This document shows, one piece after another, positions 1 to 14,491 of a stretch of 64,000 nucleotides of DNA. The notes under the pieces are model-generated. The model saw only the letters and a list, made by a program, of their open reading frames with translations. It was not told the DNA's origin and did no database searches. A program made the position numbers and the translations under genes. The stretch lies in assembly GCA_051362555.1 (NCBI GenBank), contig CM120648.1, positions 6,630,587 to 6,694,586 of the forward strand, given 5' to 3'. The stretch comes from Lingula anatina. Lineage: Eukaryota; Animalia; Brachiopoda. How positions within the stretch are numbered: the first letter of the stretch is position 1; each line of letters starts with the position of its first letter.

Positions 1-191
1 TAGTTGCCTGCCCGTCGGAAGCTGAAGAATTGAATTATAACACGCGTGAGTTATGATACAGATGCACTTCACAATCGCAACAGGTTAAGAATCTTGTGAG
101 GCTCGAGAGGCCTTTATTTTGATTCATTTGCCAGCACTGTGAATGGGTTTGCTAGTGGCATTTCTTTTGCAAAAAAAAAAGTAATAATAAA

Positions 192-241
<50 letters not shown>

Positions 242-2189
242 AATAAATAAATAAAAAATAAGCACGTGTTAAGTTCTAGAAATGAATAACACGAAGGTTG
301 AAGATATATTTTTTATTGACGAAGTAATAGATTTTATCAAGAGGGAGTGATGGATAAAAAGGATAAAAGTGGTGACGACTGACGCCAATTATGCAGCATG
401 CAGCGAGGACCCCCCCCCTTCCCTTCCCCAACACCTTTCCAAATAAATTACCAACTCATCTCTCACTCCCTCAAAGGTAGAGAAAAATAGTGTGGTCTGA
501 CAAAATTACTGTTAAACTTTCCCAAAATGGAGCGCTGTCCTTTTCGATAGCCTGGAACTGCATGTGAACTGCCATTTATAGATTTCAGTTGTCATATTGA
601 TTTTATTAATGAATGCGTTAGATTAAGTTGGGGGGGGGTCAGTTTTCATCGGCAACAGACAACAATCAAGAGTGTATGGTTTTCATTAACTTTATTACCA
701 TCTAAAGCATCGACGCTGAGAAGATCAGGGATGATTGTTTCATGTTTATCTTTGTCTCATTCTTGCTTATTTTGTTTGGGGAAAGTTAGAACTGGAGGAT
801 ACTCGGAGTATTTAGGGGCACCATCTGGAAAATACGGCCGCTGTTTGAGCGTGGTGGCTGATTAGATTAAAAAGGGTAGTGGGTTGACACCGCAACACAC
901 AAACGATTCTGAGCATCAGAGGTTACAACACGTATCACTGACCTAGCAGCCGTTATTAACATCGTTGTATACTGTAGAGAAAATCTTCACTAGAATAAAA
1001 TAATTTCATAGTTAGAAAACAACGATGGAACTTGTGTTATTCATTCGACAAATTATATCAGCGGGAAGAAGAAAAACGGCGGTGATACAGTTACAGGATC
1101 ATTTACAGACGAGTCCAATATTGGGTCGAAGTGCTTCCTAATGGAACCCTAGTTTGACGCAGACGTTTTAATTGTACTCCAAATTGGCATTTCCTCAAAG
1201 GAAACGATGCATGTTCCAATAATACAAGAATCCATTGACTCGTATGTCTTAACATTACAAAACATGTGTTATGCTTTGAGATTCATATTTTTTTTTCAAT
1301 TTGTCGCCATTATTACATGTTGTCGTAATATGAGACAAATTGTTGCTAACAGAGCTGGGTCAAAACGTGTTTGATTTATGGGCGTCTGACAACAGTACAT
1401 TAAAAACCAATAAGAATACACGTTATTACTTTTTGTTACCACCTCATATATCCCGCAGTGAAATGTAGGGAGACGCATGAGACGCGTTTAACTTTTTGAT
1501 GCATATTTCAGAACACAGTTAACGGCCTAACGAGCGGCTTTTGTGTCTTTTATTTTCTACAGTTGTTATCTTTGATTACTTCGAGATCAATACCGGAGCA
1601 AATGTTTTACTGATGACTGTTCTGTGCGAACTGAAAACCAAGCACCATCTGTTTTTGTCATCTAAAGTAGCATTTTATCTTTTTCTTTGGATGCGTATTT
1701 GTTCGAGTCAATTTCCCTCCTTTTATGACGAAAACAATATTGTTACAAAAGTCATTGGCAGTCAAGAGTATTGGCGTCAATGGCTATCGTAGTTATCTTT
1801 AATGACCTAAAGATATTAAAACCCGGGTAATTGCCTGCTATTGCGCGAATTATTACCCGTAAACGATTAGTGGTACTTGCAGTGTATTTTTAAAGAAAAC
1901 AATCAAAATAAGATTCTACGTGGTATCATGTGTGATCAAAGTGATACGCATTATTTTAAAGCTGTAATAGTTTCATCATTATTATCGATTTCTAGTGCGT
2001 ATTTAGAGGAAGGCGAATCGTTATCACGTCAGAGAAGGAAACTGATAACACTTAACACGTAATATCTTCGTAATAAAGAAAAAACCTTCCCGTAATGAGA
2101 GCCCACAGCCTGTTTTCATTAAGAACACGATTTTTTTCTCAAAACAAGCCATTAGGAGAAACGGAGAAACATTTCCGAAACCAATAAAA

Positions 2190-2190
<1 letters not shown>

Positions 2191-2267
<77 letters not shown>
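2191..2267. repeat. (TA)n microsatellite
   Basis: Direct reading. Similar (TA)n tracts at 3933-3992 (followed by (TG)n to 4020), 16549-16600 and 57408-57473. Confidence 0.95.
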
Positions 2268-2274
<7 letters not shown>

Positions 2275-3928
2275 CTTGACATTTAATATGGAATATTTTT
2301 TTCCAAATCATTTTTCATCAGTTTTTTCCTATTTTGCTGACTGACAAATGGAAATAAGGATTAAAATCGTGTTTTAATAACTTTTAATTATCTTTTTGAT
2401 GTCATTGTGACATCAGTTCATTAATGTAATTCGCCAGAGAAGCAAACAAAAACACATTGCCTATTCTATGTCATACGACAACCATTAAAAGAGATATTTT
2501 GGATCTCCATATTTTCCAAATTATTGTCTGTAAAACAGTTACACTCTCCACAAAGGACCCTCATGTCGGTGTCTAGTCACAGTAGCGGTTGCTGTTACGC
2601 CTGACCTCTTCTGGCTGCTACTAGCGTTCTCAGGTAGCAAGGCATTCCTTGGGATAGGTTTTTAGAGTTCAATCTGGAATAACATTCCAGGCATCGGTCA
2701 AAATCTGTCCAATTTGGTCCAGTTTTGTTGTAGGACATGTAGGCCATTAATTCGGCGAATAATGACTTATCCACATATTGTGTATGTGGTTTAAATATGG
2801 CGATTTTAATGACCAAGGTAGCTGCTCATTGACTTGGTTTTGTAAGTAATCTGCTATTAAAAGTGCTCTGTGTGAACCAGCTATCTCATCGTGCGACCTA
2901 AAATTGTTCCTAAGGTGCCCCCTATCAAATGATAGTTAAGTGGTTCCCAGATTATTCCTTGATTTGATCTGGTTCAGGTTTTTGTCGATGACTACCATTG
3001 GTGTTTTGGCACCAATGTGGTATCACCTCCAAATACTGACGCTGTTAATTACCTTAGTCACTTTAGACGCGGCACACGCTTCGTCGTTGGCGTTTTCTGG
3101 ATGTCTGTAAACTCTGTTTTGACTAGTTGAGCGGTATAGGTGAAATCTGACCTCAATAAAGAAAGCCACGAAGTTTCAGTGTTCAACCCAGAAACGGTCA
3201 AGGTCCCCAATTCATTAGAGAAACATACAACGATGTTTTGCTGTTTACAGTGGGTTCCTCGGAGGTCGTCTGGTATTCTTATCTGCTAAAACCAGGTTGG
3301 TGTTCACTAAGAGCCTTGAAAATTGCGTTTTGGTGGCAATTTACCCCTCATTCTGAACGGACTGGGTGGTTTTTGTTTAGTTGCAACAGCATATCCCGAA
3401 AGGCAGTGGGTCCTGTACCCTGGTGGTAAGATTTCAATACATTGGGTGCGGCCTATGTGTAGGTACATGAGTCTGGGCATTACTCTATACAACTGTGCGG
3501 ACCGTTTCGTTTGGCGCGATTTTCTGTCTGGCAATGTCTGTCATTTTCGCGCCATTCTGCCAGAGATTAAAAAAATCTGTAAAGCACTGCATAGCTCATT
3601 TTACACAGTGCAAAACCGACCACTTGCATGCAAAATTTCAGATTCTTCTATGCAGTAGTTGCCGACAAATGGATACTTTTTTGACAGAACCATGCTTTGC
3701 CAAAGCCAAGCTTTGACCTGCCCAAAGGAGCCCTACCCAATTAAATCACTGCATATTGCATAATTCAGCAGCGCAACAAACCTGGTATTCAGTTAATTAG
3801 AAGCGATACACCTGACTTCACACTTCTCCATTTCCATTTCTTATATGAGATTTGAGTTTTTTGAAAAAAGAGCGCATTTTTACCTAGGCATACCTTCGAA
3901 ACTGAAATATTCCATATTAAATGTCAAG

Positions 3929-4025
<97 letters not shown>

Positions 4026-4984
4026 GTCATTGTCTTCAGTATGAATGGCCTGGTACATGTAAGTATTGATGGATGCATTATTCAATAAAGTCGGATATAA
4101 CCATGCTGTTGGCAAATTACCTCCTTTTGGTAGCTTGAAAGAGTATTCAGCGTATTGCTGCATATTCTGGAAATTCGACGCTTTCTAATAACGGGAATGC
4201 CTTTTAAATATTTGAGTGAGAGAGTAAGCTTAAGAAGCTTTTGCAAAAGCGCACCATCGCAGTCTTAGGTACTTTATAACGCAACGTCTTCCTGCAATTT
4301 AGCCCCTAAGTCTTGCGTGCAATTTTGCAACAGCTGAAAGACTTTAAGTGAAGAGTAAGCCTCAGTGTGCTTGCTACTTTCTTTAGTACCTGATCTTTTG
4401 GCATGGAATATCAAGTTTCTTGTATTCCCTTTTTTTTTGTTTTAAGGTTACTTTCTAAAATACGCATGTACCTTGTCTGTTTATTATTATTTTTTTAATT
4501 TCAATGTGTGACACACTTCAGCTTTTTTCGCTCTTCTTGATAAAGGCGTCGTCGAAATTGTCAGGGAATCCATGTGAACATGTAACATAGTAAACCGCCA
4601 CTGCAACGTTACTTCAGCAAATATTTTTGAAAAAAAAAGACCCCACATGCAATTTCATCTCTCCAGACAGGTTGGTGAATAAAAGATTAAAAAAACTGGG
4701 TGTAGGCTAAACATCTGCAGCTTTGTCCAAACTGCCTTGACGATGAATAAAAAGGAAAGTAGTGCTTTAAAAAGACAGTAATTAAAGAAGGTATTTCAAT
4801 ATTTACATCAGTCACTATTGTTAGTGTCACATAATCGGAGGGATTTTATCCTGAGTAAAGGACAGGTGTTCAATTTAGAATAGGATGGCTTGCAATTTAC
4901 GACCTTAGATTATACTGCTAAACGCGGAGAATTGACTGCAATGTCGCCTGATCTATATATGTTTTTTAGTATACGAGCGAGCGA

Positions 4985-5392
4985 GGCCTACACTGGTGCG
5001 CAAGATTTAGTCTTAAAGTGCAATTTCAGATCACAATCTTACATGGTCTTAAACCATGGGTAGGACCGTTACCGAACTGACTTCCAATTAAATTGTAATT
5101 GTAAATAAGTTGTAGTTGTAAGTTCCAATTAAATTGTTATTGTAATTGTTGCCATTGTCCCCGCTAACATGTTCTCCTATTGTGAGCAGAGGCGACCTCC
5201 ATTGTGAGGGGAGATAACCCCCATTGTTAGGGGAAGAAAATGCTTGACCACTTAAGTAGATGTCAGATCGTTTTTGATCTCAAAGCAGACTCAGTCCATT
5301 TTAAGACTATTGCCGTAATGATTAAGATCGTGTAAGATCATTAGTGATTTAAAATTGCACTTTAAGACCAAATCAAGAGCACAAGTGCTAGC
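4985..5392. mobile_element. MITE with ~60-bp imperfect terminal inverted repeats
   Basis: cactggtgcgcaagatttagtcttaaagtgcaattt (~4991-5026) is the reverse complement of aaattgcactttaagaccaaatcaagagcacaagtg (~5352-5387). Boundaries are approximate. Confidence 0.6.
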
Positions 5393-8300
5393 TGCCACCT
5401 CTTAGAGGGAACCATCATTTCGTAGAAAACCCCACTAAGGCCGTGGGATTCAGTTGAAAGTTGGCGTAAAGGCGAGGCATGAGATGTACAAATAAGTCGA
5501 CCTGTATATTATATTCAATTATCATGATTCAGAGTTCAATTATCATGATACAGAGTCCGTAGGACCCCTGGTTTCTGAAATAACGGGTCCCGGACTTTCT
5601 GTCATGGGGGACCTTCTGGTACATGACACCGGACTCAACGAACATTTATCTCCCCGCTACAGAGATGCGCTCATCGGGTGTTCTTAGATTTTTCAGCACC
5701 GTCCTAAACACGAATCTTCCAGTATATACCAAGGTTCAGATTGTTTAGTGACTGAACAGAGACGCATGTATCGAACATGAGGGAGCGCGAACCAAATCTA
5801 ATAACGTTTCACCTGAGCTTTTTTGAATTTGTTACGTTTACTCTCGACAGCCACATGTGATTTAATCGAAAAGAAAAAAAAAACATTTCGAAATCCCAGT
5901 TGGTCCCTCATTCAAACCTTCTTCAGAAAGCTAAGTGGGTAAAGCTGTAAAGTGTGTGCATTTTGTCACATTTCGTGGAGGTTGATTGAATTAAAAATAA
6001 CCGCTCTTGGAAGCCGCAGCCTTTTGAGTATGTGCCATTAAAGTTTCGCATCTTACTCTGTCTTTATAAATACATTAATGCACTTTACCCCACTAAATTT
6101 GGTTTGGGTTGCCTAACTCGCCTCCAACGTGAGTTTTCGCAAACATTTTTCTTCTACCTCTATTATCCTTTGGGAACCACATATGGCTTTCACGAGAAAG
6201 CCCTTGTTTTTTTAGATATACATGTAGACTTTCTTCAGTCCCTTAATTCTTTATTCGTCGGATTATTTTTTTAAAATGTATTACGTTGTTTACATATCTT
6301 TTATTCATTCATTTAGATAGTTTTCCTTCGAAGGTACTGTTCATGATATTTTCTACTTGGTTTGATTAAGGTAATGCGGATGGATTATTTCTGGAAAATG
6401 CATCAAAAGGGATTCGGACACATAATAGCCATCAAACAAGTGTACATACTCATTTTACCAGTAAAGGCCTCCTTGACGTATTCAACTTCTTTGAATATTT
6501 GAGTCTAATCAGCTTCTATGAAAGTGGGTGCTATCCTTATAGCGTCTTGCGCATCTTGTACGTCAATGTACATATCGTATGATAGCTGTGCGAAATTTGC
6601 CCTGGAAATTTACCTACAGGTGTATTTATTCAACGTAATTTACACTGGGATTTGACCTTCTTGTTCAACCTCCTCCAAGTCCACAGCATTTCTTGTCTCT
6701 CAAGTGAAGATGAAGAGAAGACCAAAACTATTTCCTTGAAGAAATAGTGATTGCAAACGGCGGCATACCAACGACCAGATTAAATAGCTATTGGAACTTA
6801 ACAATCGTGACATCACACACTTTTTTATTGTATATTTGCGTGACCATATCCAACTTCTTTGTCTATTATGCGTCTCTCTGAGCGCCCATTAGGTTCTTAA
6901 AAACTCTCCACCATGCGATCGCTTTGATGCAGACAATGCACTAGGGATAGCAAAGGTCGACGATCGTTTTCTGTGTGTTAGGTTCTAACGTTTGTAAAAA
7001 AAAAAACAAATTCCCTAGCGATTCAGTCTGCTGTACAGAAGCTTTAATTGGTTAACATCGGGTGGCATCCTCAAGTTGATAGCTGGCAATTTGTACGATG
7101 GTGTTATTCACCGAGTCTTCATATACACGTGTATGATTCCCTCAGCAAATCTTATCAATAACAAGTACCGACAGTAGTTTGGCAGGAAGTACCAAATGAT
7201 AAAACAAGTCCCAATTTATCTTCTCCACAAACTGCCAATGATAATCCAATTGAAGTGCCTCTTGTCTAAATGAAGTATTTTGAACCACTATCTATGCCGA
7301 TGATCTGCACAACTAACTCGATCTCTATCCAAATGATAGCAGTGAGTAAAATCCTTTCTTTATTGTTAATTTTTCTATAGCTATTGACAAATGAAACTTT
7401 ATTCGTTTATAAAAAAATGGCTAATATAACTTTTTGTAACATTTCATTTTTTTGCGAATAAATATACATTTATTACAATAAATATATGAAGAAAGCTGAT
7501 CTTAATCCTACCTATAGTGAATATCAATGAATGTGCGTGATAGTTTAAATTCATCATTTAAAAGAAAAATATATTGAGTGTCCATTCATTTTGAACTATG
7601 ATGAAAACGGTAAACAGTGGTTCCTATACCTGTAACACATAACTGCGTCGCCCTATTGTCGAAAAACTGATTCTTCTTATTTTAAAGAAATGTCACAGTG
7701 ACATTCAATCTTTTTTTTAATATGTTGTCTAAAATATAGAATTGTCTGGTGTGTGTTTGCGTGTGAATTTTTCATTAAAATGTGTCGAAGCGTCGCATAT
7801 TTCCGATTTTTCTAGAAAGCAGTCTTCAATGGGACGCCATGACATAAAAGCATTCTGAAAGGTTTTGTTCCCAAGAAGTCACTCTGATTGCATGTTTGTG
7901 CGGTTTTGTTGAAAGTCGCTAATAATTTGATCTTTCGATCAATCTCTTGTGACTGTCTCGCAGAACGCTAAATATTGGCAATGTAAACATATTTATATCC
8001 CTTCTATTATGTTTTCGTCTTTCTCTCTCATGTTTCACGGAAATCTTCGACCATTTTGAAGATGGCGTGGTACGAGTAGGCCCCGGCAAAGTACACGTTT
8101 ATTCCACTGGCGCTAGAGACGCGTAGCCCCCCCCCCCCCCCCCCCCCCCAAGACACATGGTACTACACGTGTTAGCATCACCGAGGAGTGTGTAGGGGTA
8201 CATGTACATCATATCAAAATGCAACTGTCTTCACACCCACGATGCGCGTGTTTAAACACTATTATTAAAAACAAACTGGATACGTGCCTCATGTAAAGAT

Positions 8301-8689
8301 GACGCTCGACGTTTTTAAAGCCCCACTGATATATACTTTGCGAAATCAGGAAGAAGCGAAGGATTACTGTGTACAGTAAACATTCTCAACGACTTCACAC
8401 TTGAATCGTCGTAAACGATAGGATACGGTCACAATTGTGAACTGACCAGTTTTATTTGCTGTGAAACATTTAAATCTATAATTTGAAAGAGATAAGTAAC
8501 CATTCATTTGAAACGACCATCAAAACGCTCAATAGTGTTTCGTATATATTTAGGGTACATGTATAACTGCGTCGCCCAATTCTTGAAACACACCATTGCG
8601 TGATGTTTGTTATTTGACAGAAATGTCACAATCCCTTTCATCCTTGTTTTTGTTAAGCATGTCTACGAAAATATAGATACATCTGGTTT

Positions 8690-9260
8690 ATGGAGCAGAT
8701 AATTCCATGATGTGAAACTGGTACTGCATAAACAATTGCGTGTATGGAAACGAACAAGGGGAACACCCACATATATTTCTGCACGACATTAGTGTTGTCA
8801 AGAGGGCCGTGCACGACATTTGTACCATCTACAGTATAAACAGCCCGACTTCCTTGCTGATGGTCTGTGTTTCTTAAAAAATCCAGATATGCCATCTGAA
8901 TTGATAACTCTAAGAGCTGTAATCGTACACTTGGTGGAAATGAAGGCAATGGCTGTTTTTGTTCAAGGATCATGTTCGTGGTCTTGACACAATGCAACGG
9001 CTGGGTAATTTTTTGTCTAAAACTCGATACTGTAATGGTCGTTATGTAAAAGGAAATTGGTGTGGTCTCCAAGATTATTTTTTCAAGCCAAAATCCCACA
9101 TGCAACCCATGGGACACATTTGTATTGAAGCTGGGAGTTCTTTGTTGATTTTTAAATAAAACGTGTAAAGAATTCTCTGCGGTCTTTGCCGCACGCAGTA
9201 ATAGCAGTGACAGCCACGCTCTATTGTTACAAGGATTATTAGTATACTGAATATCCGCAA
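8690..9260 (-). mobile_element. Possible decayed piggyBac-type transposase C-terminus
   Basis: Frameshifted fragments PPSVRL..., GCLYCRWYK, ICG/VPL, RNC/FMQY together resemble the piggyBac Cys-rich domain (C..C ... C..C.VPLC...RNCF..YH). Several frameshifts are required. Confidence 0.35.
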
Positions 9261-12200
9261 GCACCGGTAGTTTGCTTATAAAATCAACGATATTTGCTGT
9301 GGAAATTTTCATGAAACCCGGCAGTGCGGCTGGAAATCGGTGGACACGAAATTGACCTCTAGCGGTCAAATCGTTGCAGTGTGGTCTTATGTGAAAATTA
9401 TCTGAAACGAAAATGAACAAGGAAATGATTGGAAAAAGGCTAAGCGCTAAAGTGTTTTTAATAAAACAATAAATAAAAGGTTTACATCCTTTTCTACGTA
9501 GAAGTACAAGTTTAAACAAAATTGATTGTATATTTTGCGCCAGTAACTCCGTTTTCCCCTCAGAAAATCTCACACGATCACATTTTGAAAAATCAAATTA
9601 TCTATAACCCAATGAGCATCTAATAGACCAGGCGGTATCTTTTAAAAAGATCTGCACGCACCCCGGATTAACCGGAATTCGTTAACAGACAGAGTTTCAT
9701 TATTGGGGTGTAAAATATAAAAAATGCTCCCTTACTGTGAAAAGATCCGGTGACTGTCATTGTCACAAACTAGGGCCCACGAAATGAGTTCCAGCCAGAC
9801 GCAAGTCCCCGGGGAGGTTTATTGTACTAGAAAAAAATAATGTAATCAGATTAAGTCCATTGCTTGGCGTTAAGTTGATTTACTGAAATACAATCAAATT
9901 ATCCTACAGTGTTATAACTCACTCTTTTTTTTTTCTACCTCAGTGGCTGCTTCCATGGCTGCTGACGAATATCGCATTTGCAAAGGCATTCAATTAGTTG
10001 TGTGATAAACTCTGACTTTCGCGAAAATAAGGTCATATCTGTATTCTCATATTTCGTACATATTCTCATATTGCATATTTCGTATGCAGTCATTTAAAAA
10101 AATGTACATTTCACAAAATAAGCACCTGTATGGATGTGCATTGTTCAGCTTACATGATAATTGTCCAAAAAATGAGCATGTTATTTTTTTTATCGAAGTT
10201 GAATACATTCCATTAGGGTGAGATTGGCGCCGAAATTTACCCTTGGCAAAATTCAAAATGGCCGACGTTTCAAAAGATAGGGTACTTCATTGGTGTATCA
10301 TCGGAACAAAGTACCTTAAAATTTGTAGAAGGCGTCGATTCCAATAAACAAAGATAGAGAATGTATAGCCTTTCACTTAATTTTTTAATCATTAAAGGCC
10401 AAAGCCATGTTAATACGCTAATATCAAATGGAAAATAGGACCAGACCCGCTTGAGAGAGAACATCAATTTTTCTAGATTTGGACAAAATTGCAATATCTA
10501 CGACTTTGCTAACTTTATTTCATTCCGATGGGAAATTTGCTGTGCCATAGTGGGCCCCAACGAACCGACTCAGCTGAGTTAAGTAGTTGATTTACTGGAA
10601 CGCACAATGTATGGGAGTAGGCGCTGAAATTGATATGTTCATGTAAGAAGACATAACACTCTGACCCTTTCACATATAATGTGCGATAGATCAAATTCTT
10701 TAATGTCACGACTTGGGGGAAATGGGACGATACTTGTGCAAGCAAACAAAATTACTCATGTTATTTACATTGTTTGTTGAAATTAGATACTGTAAGGGTG
10801 ACACGATTGAGAACTGCTCAAAGAGAGGGAGACAGAGGGGGGGGGGGGGGAAGAGAGCAAAGGGAAATAAGTATATGTCTCTCTTCTTTTTTTTATGTTT
10901 TTTCATCAATTTGCATGTAGTTTGTCGTAATTCAATCCAGTCCGGCTCAGCAGGGGCTATTTCACAACGAAGTTATAGACCTGCTTTTACATTTTAGTCC
11001 ATTTTTTCTCCATTTTGACCATCTATAGTATGAATTAGTGTAATTAACTGAATTATTACACCTGTGTCATATCAAGCTACTATTTCAGACCAATAGTTAC
11101 TTTATTTAAGTGGACTTACAAAGATTAATCTTCACTTGACCAATTTTAAGGTCTTAAAATTTAAAGACATTTGAGCTGTAGCTTTTTGGTAAAATAGGTA
11201 CCCAGTTACTACATGCACATGTATTAGCTTACCATATGAAGTCATTAGAACGACACAGAATTAACAAGACCCTCAATCAAAGACCCTCATTCGAGCTTGT
11301 TGGCTATTTGACAGGTGGATTATAGATTAACGGTTGGTTCGTACAGAGACCTCCGGCTTACCTTGTCTGCACCCTATCTAATACGTGCTAATTTCCCCTT
11401 TCAAAGCGTGGCTATCATTGGTTTCACCGCAAAGGTTCTTAAACTAATCTGCTTTATTCGCTTTTTTTCAAAACGTGTTGTTGTTGTTGTCTTTAGTTGC
11501 TGGCAGCGAAAGACGCTTATATTAAGGGCATTGTTACATTCAAACACAGCCGTACGTTGGTACGAGCTCAGCCCCGGTATGTGCCTACTCAATCACGGTT
11601 GTTTACATGTGCTTACAACACACATTTTACACACATTACAACACACATTTTACACGTATCTTTGTCAAAAACTCAAATTTTCTAACGTAATCACAACATA
11701 CAGTATCTATTTTTTCTTTGTCTTCAACTGAATATTTCTTTGTTTTTTATTTTTATTTTTCTGCAAATTGATTCTTTATTCACACTTTAAGTCGAATGTT
11801 AATATTGGCTTTATTTTTCCAACCATAAATAATGGTCTAAGCTGAGAACATAAGTAAAAAAAAACTTTATTTGACTTTTAAAGTAAGGAATTACAAAAGC
11901 GTAAAAGATGCCGTCTAGATCATAAAAGAGACAGAATCATTGAGCCGATGCGCCATTGTTCCCAGCTGATGGTCCTTATCTCTGTTTGATGGATAAGTTG
12001 GGTCGAAAATGAACTGATTTTCTTACTATTGTGTCATGTATCTTTGACATCAGAGGAGAGGATTCTTTGAAAAAAGGATGGGCTTGCGAACATGTGATTC
12101 ATCATTTTAATTGCGAGATTATTCTTCTGTATACAAGATAAAACCCGGCGTGGTTATTGCTTATTTTGCTTGAGATGCGTTAGTAACTGGCTCGCGCTGC

Positions 12201-12730
12201 CAGTAATTACGCCGCGGGATATTCAGGGCACAGACCGTGATCATAAGACATACCGCGAATAGAAAATAGAATTTAGAAAATAGACATTGCATGTGAATGA
12301 ATCCTAACACGCCTCAACCTGGCGTTGAGAAGAAAACAGAAAAACTGGCGATTATACGAGCACATAGGGAACAAAAGGAGGTTTGTTAATCTGTTCAACT
12401 GATTGAATTCAGCGAGATTCAACGCAGAGTTGGGTCGATCTACGTAGACCGATGGTTTCAATTGAAATGAGCCCTAGGGGTCCCAGAGCGGTCACGCCAG
12501 TTTTAGTGGCACATGTTGTGCGGGATAGGGAGAGGAGAGGAGTGGAGATGTTCTCCAGCCGGTTCTCACTAAAGTTTACCATAACACCAGTTTCACGAAT
12601 CTGAAGGTCCGTGTAACAGAAAGTCCGCCCTCCATTTAGTTATAATGGTTAGGGTTAGCCTGATCTAAATGGGTCAAATTCAAGGTCGAGGCTTGCCTGT
12701 ACAAATGAATGGGTAGCAGACTCTCTGTCA

Positions 12731-12731
<1 letters not shown>

Positions 12732-12770
<39 letters not shown>
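12732..12770 (+). repeat. Poly-G tract inside a short repeat element (ctctctgtcacg duplicated on both sides; ggttagggttag upstream)
   Basis: Direct reading. The element family is not confidently assigned. Confidence 0.7.
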
Positions 12771-14283
12771 CTCTCTGTCACGTTACACGGGATCTGGCAT
12801 ATTCTTTGATGGCATGAAGGCAAGACGACTGTCGTGGCACTGGTTCATTATGGAATCATGGTGCACTAAGGGGGGGTGCGATCACCGTTCAGCGGTTCCT
12901 CCACCACTCTGTGGCCCTACAGTACCACCTACCAGAGAGCATTTCTGGCAGTGAGTGTGCTTGCTTCACTATTTTTCAAATAATCGCATGTGTGTTGGTT
13001 TGTCTCCTTTAATCTCATGCCGGTAGATACAAGGGAACAAGCAAGTCGAATGCCTATACTACATGTATGTCAGGCGGTTTTGACAGCCATACTACTGGAA
13101 GAACTGCGTTGAAGAGTTTGCAAATTAAATTCATATTAGACGCATCCAGTCTGTGTAAAATCAAGCGAATTTTCGTGGAATTTTCGCGACAGTGCAGTCC
13201 GAAATTTAATAATCGTAGTCCACAGAATGCAGTTTGGCAACGAGCAAAAGCTGTTAATTTCTGGCTGTTTTCTCTTAAGTTTTGTAGGATTACAGTCAAA
13301 TTGCACTACAGTTCAAATTCACGAAATTTTGAATGGCACTATCGTGTAGTTTCCAGTGTAAGAATATATTTTCCAATGTGCAGAATTTCACATTTACGCT
13401 AAAAAAAAAGTTAATTACTTAGCCTCATTTGACGTCACGCGGTGGCCAGGGCCTCCTTTTAGGTTCCATCGGACGATCCCCACTATAGAGAGCCGTCTGC
13501 TTATTATCACGTGTCAGCTAAAGCGGCCTTCAACAAGCAAAAATATTTCCTCGTTTTATCGTCAATTTATGTTTATCTTGGTGGTAATAGAACGATTAAT
13601 CCTGAAAACTAAGTGCTAGCAGTGATAGATGGTTTAAATTGCGGGGCTGGTTTTGATAAATGAGTTCATTATCGAACCTTCAACGTGTTTTGATCCCGCT
13701 TTTATCTGACCAGTGCGGTGGAATAAGACGGCTAATGCCATCGGAAATAATTTTTCAGGGTACCGCAAACTATAGGATTGCCAAATAGGGCTGTTTTTTT
13801 TTCACTTCGCCCAATAATTTATATCGCCGTGCACGTTATCACTGCCATAATGTTATGAAAAGTAAGTCGAAGTTCAATACTGACAGGAAAAAAAAAAACA
13901 GGTGATTGAACATGGATCCTATTTCTTTACCTTGGAGGATTCCCGAGATCACTGTCCGCCGTATTACAAAGCATTGGTGCGATAAGTCAGCATGCCTTAA
14001 TTTGCAATTTACACAATAAAAAGAATATCTCAGCTTGAACAAAACAAATGCGATGAACGGTTTTCAAATACAGTGATATTAATCACTCCGAGGAAGATGC
14101 TGAAGTAAAAAAATAAATAAACAAATGGATAAGCGGATGAATAAATCACATTTAACCTGTATATCCTGACTGATAGGTGATTAATAACCATATTAAACTT
14201 TAATATCTTTTTGTTTCTACTATAATGTAATCAAACAGAAGCATTAGAAGAAGTCAATATTAAAATGTAACATAATAAGCTGG

Positions 14284-14286
<3 letters not shown>

Positions 14287-14338
<52 letters not shown>
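14287..14338. repeat. (TAT)n microsatellite
   Basis: Direct reading. Similar tracts at 15871-15921 and (AAT)n at 20197-20256. Confidence 0.95.
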
Positions 14339-14491
14339 TAATGACTGAATAAATACAAAAACGTAGAAATAAGCTTTTAGCATGTGGTATCTGTTTGAAT
14401 ATACAGTAGTAATTAGTAATTACTATAAACTTTCCAGACAGTCGTTTACAGTAGATTTGTTGTCTGTGTTAATTTTCTTTTTTTTTTTTAG

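Noticed and set aside
2024-2311. ORFs with YIYIYI or poly-Y/poly-G runs (also 3845-4163, 12709-12954, 15826-16122)
   Set aside because: They are translations of microsatellites or homopolymers.
3307-3534. EILPPGY motif suggestive of a LINE endonuclease
   Set aside because: A single short motif without the flanking ETWL/GGGV context. Insufficient to call.
12790-12955. GC-richer segment ending in a GT donor, considered as an opsin exon or ncRNA
   Set aside because: No opsin motifs in any frame and no recognisable RNA family.
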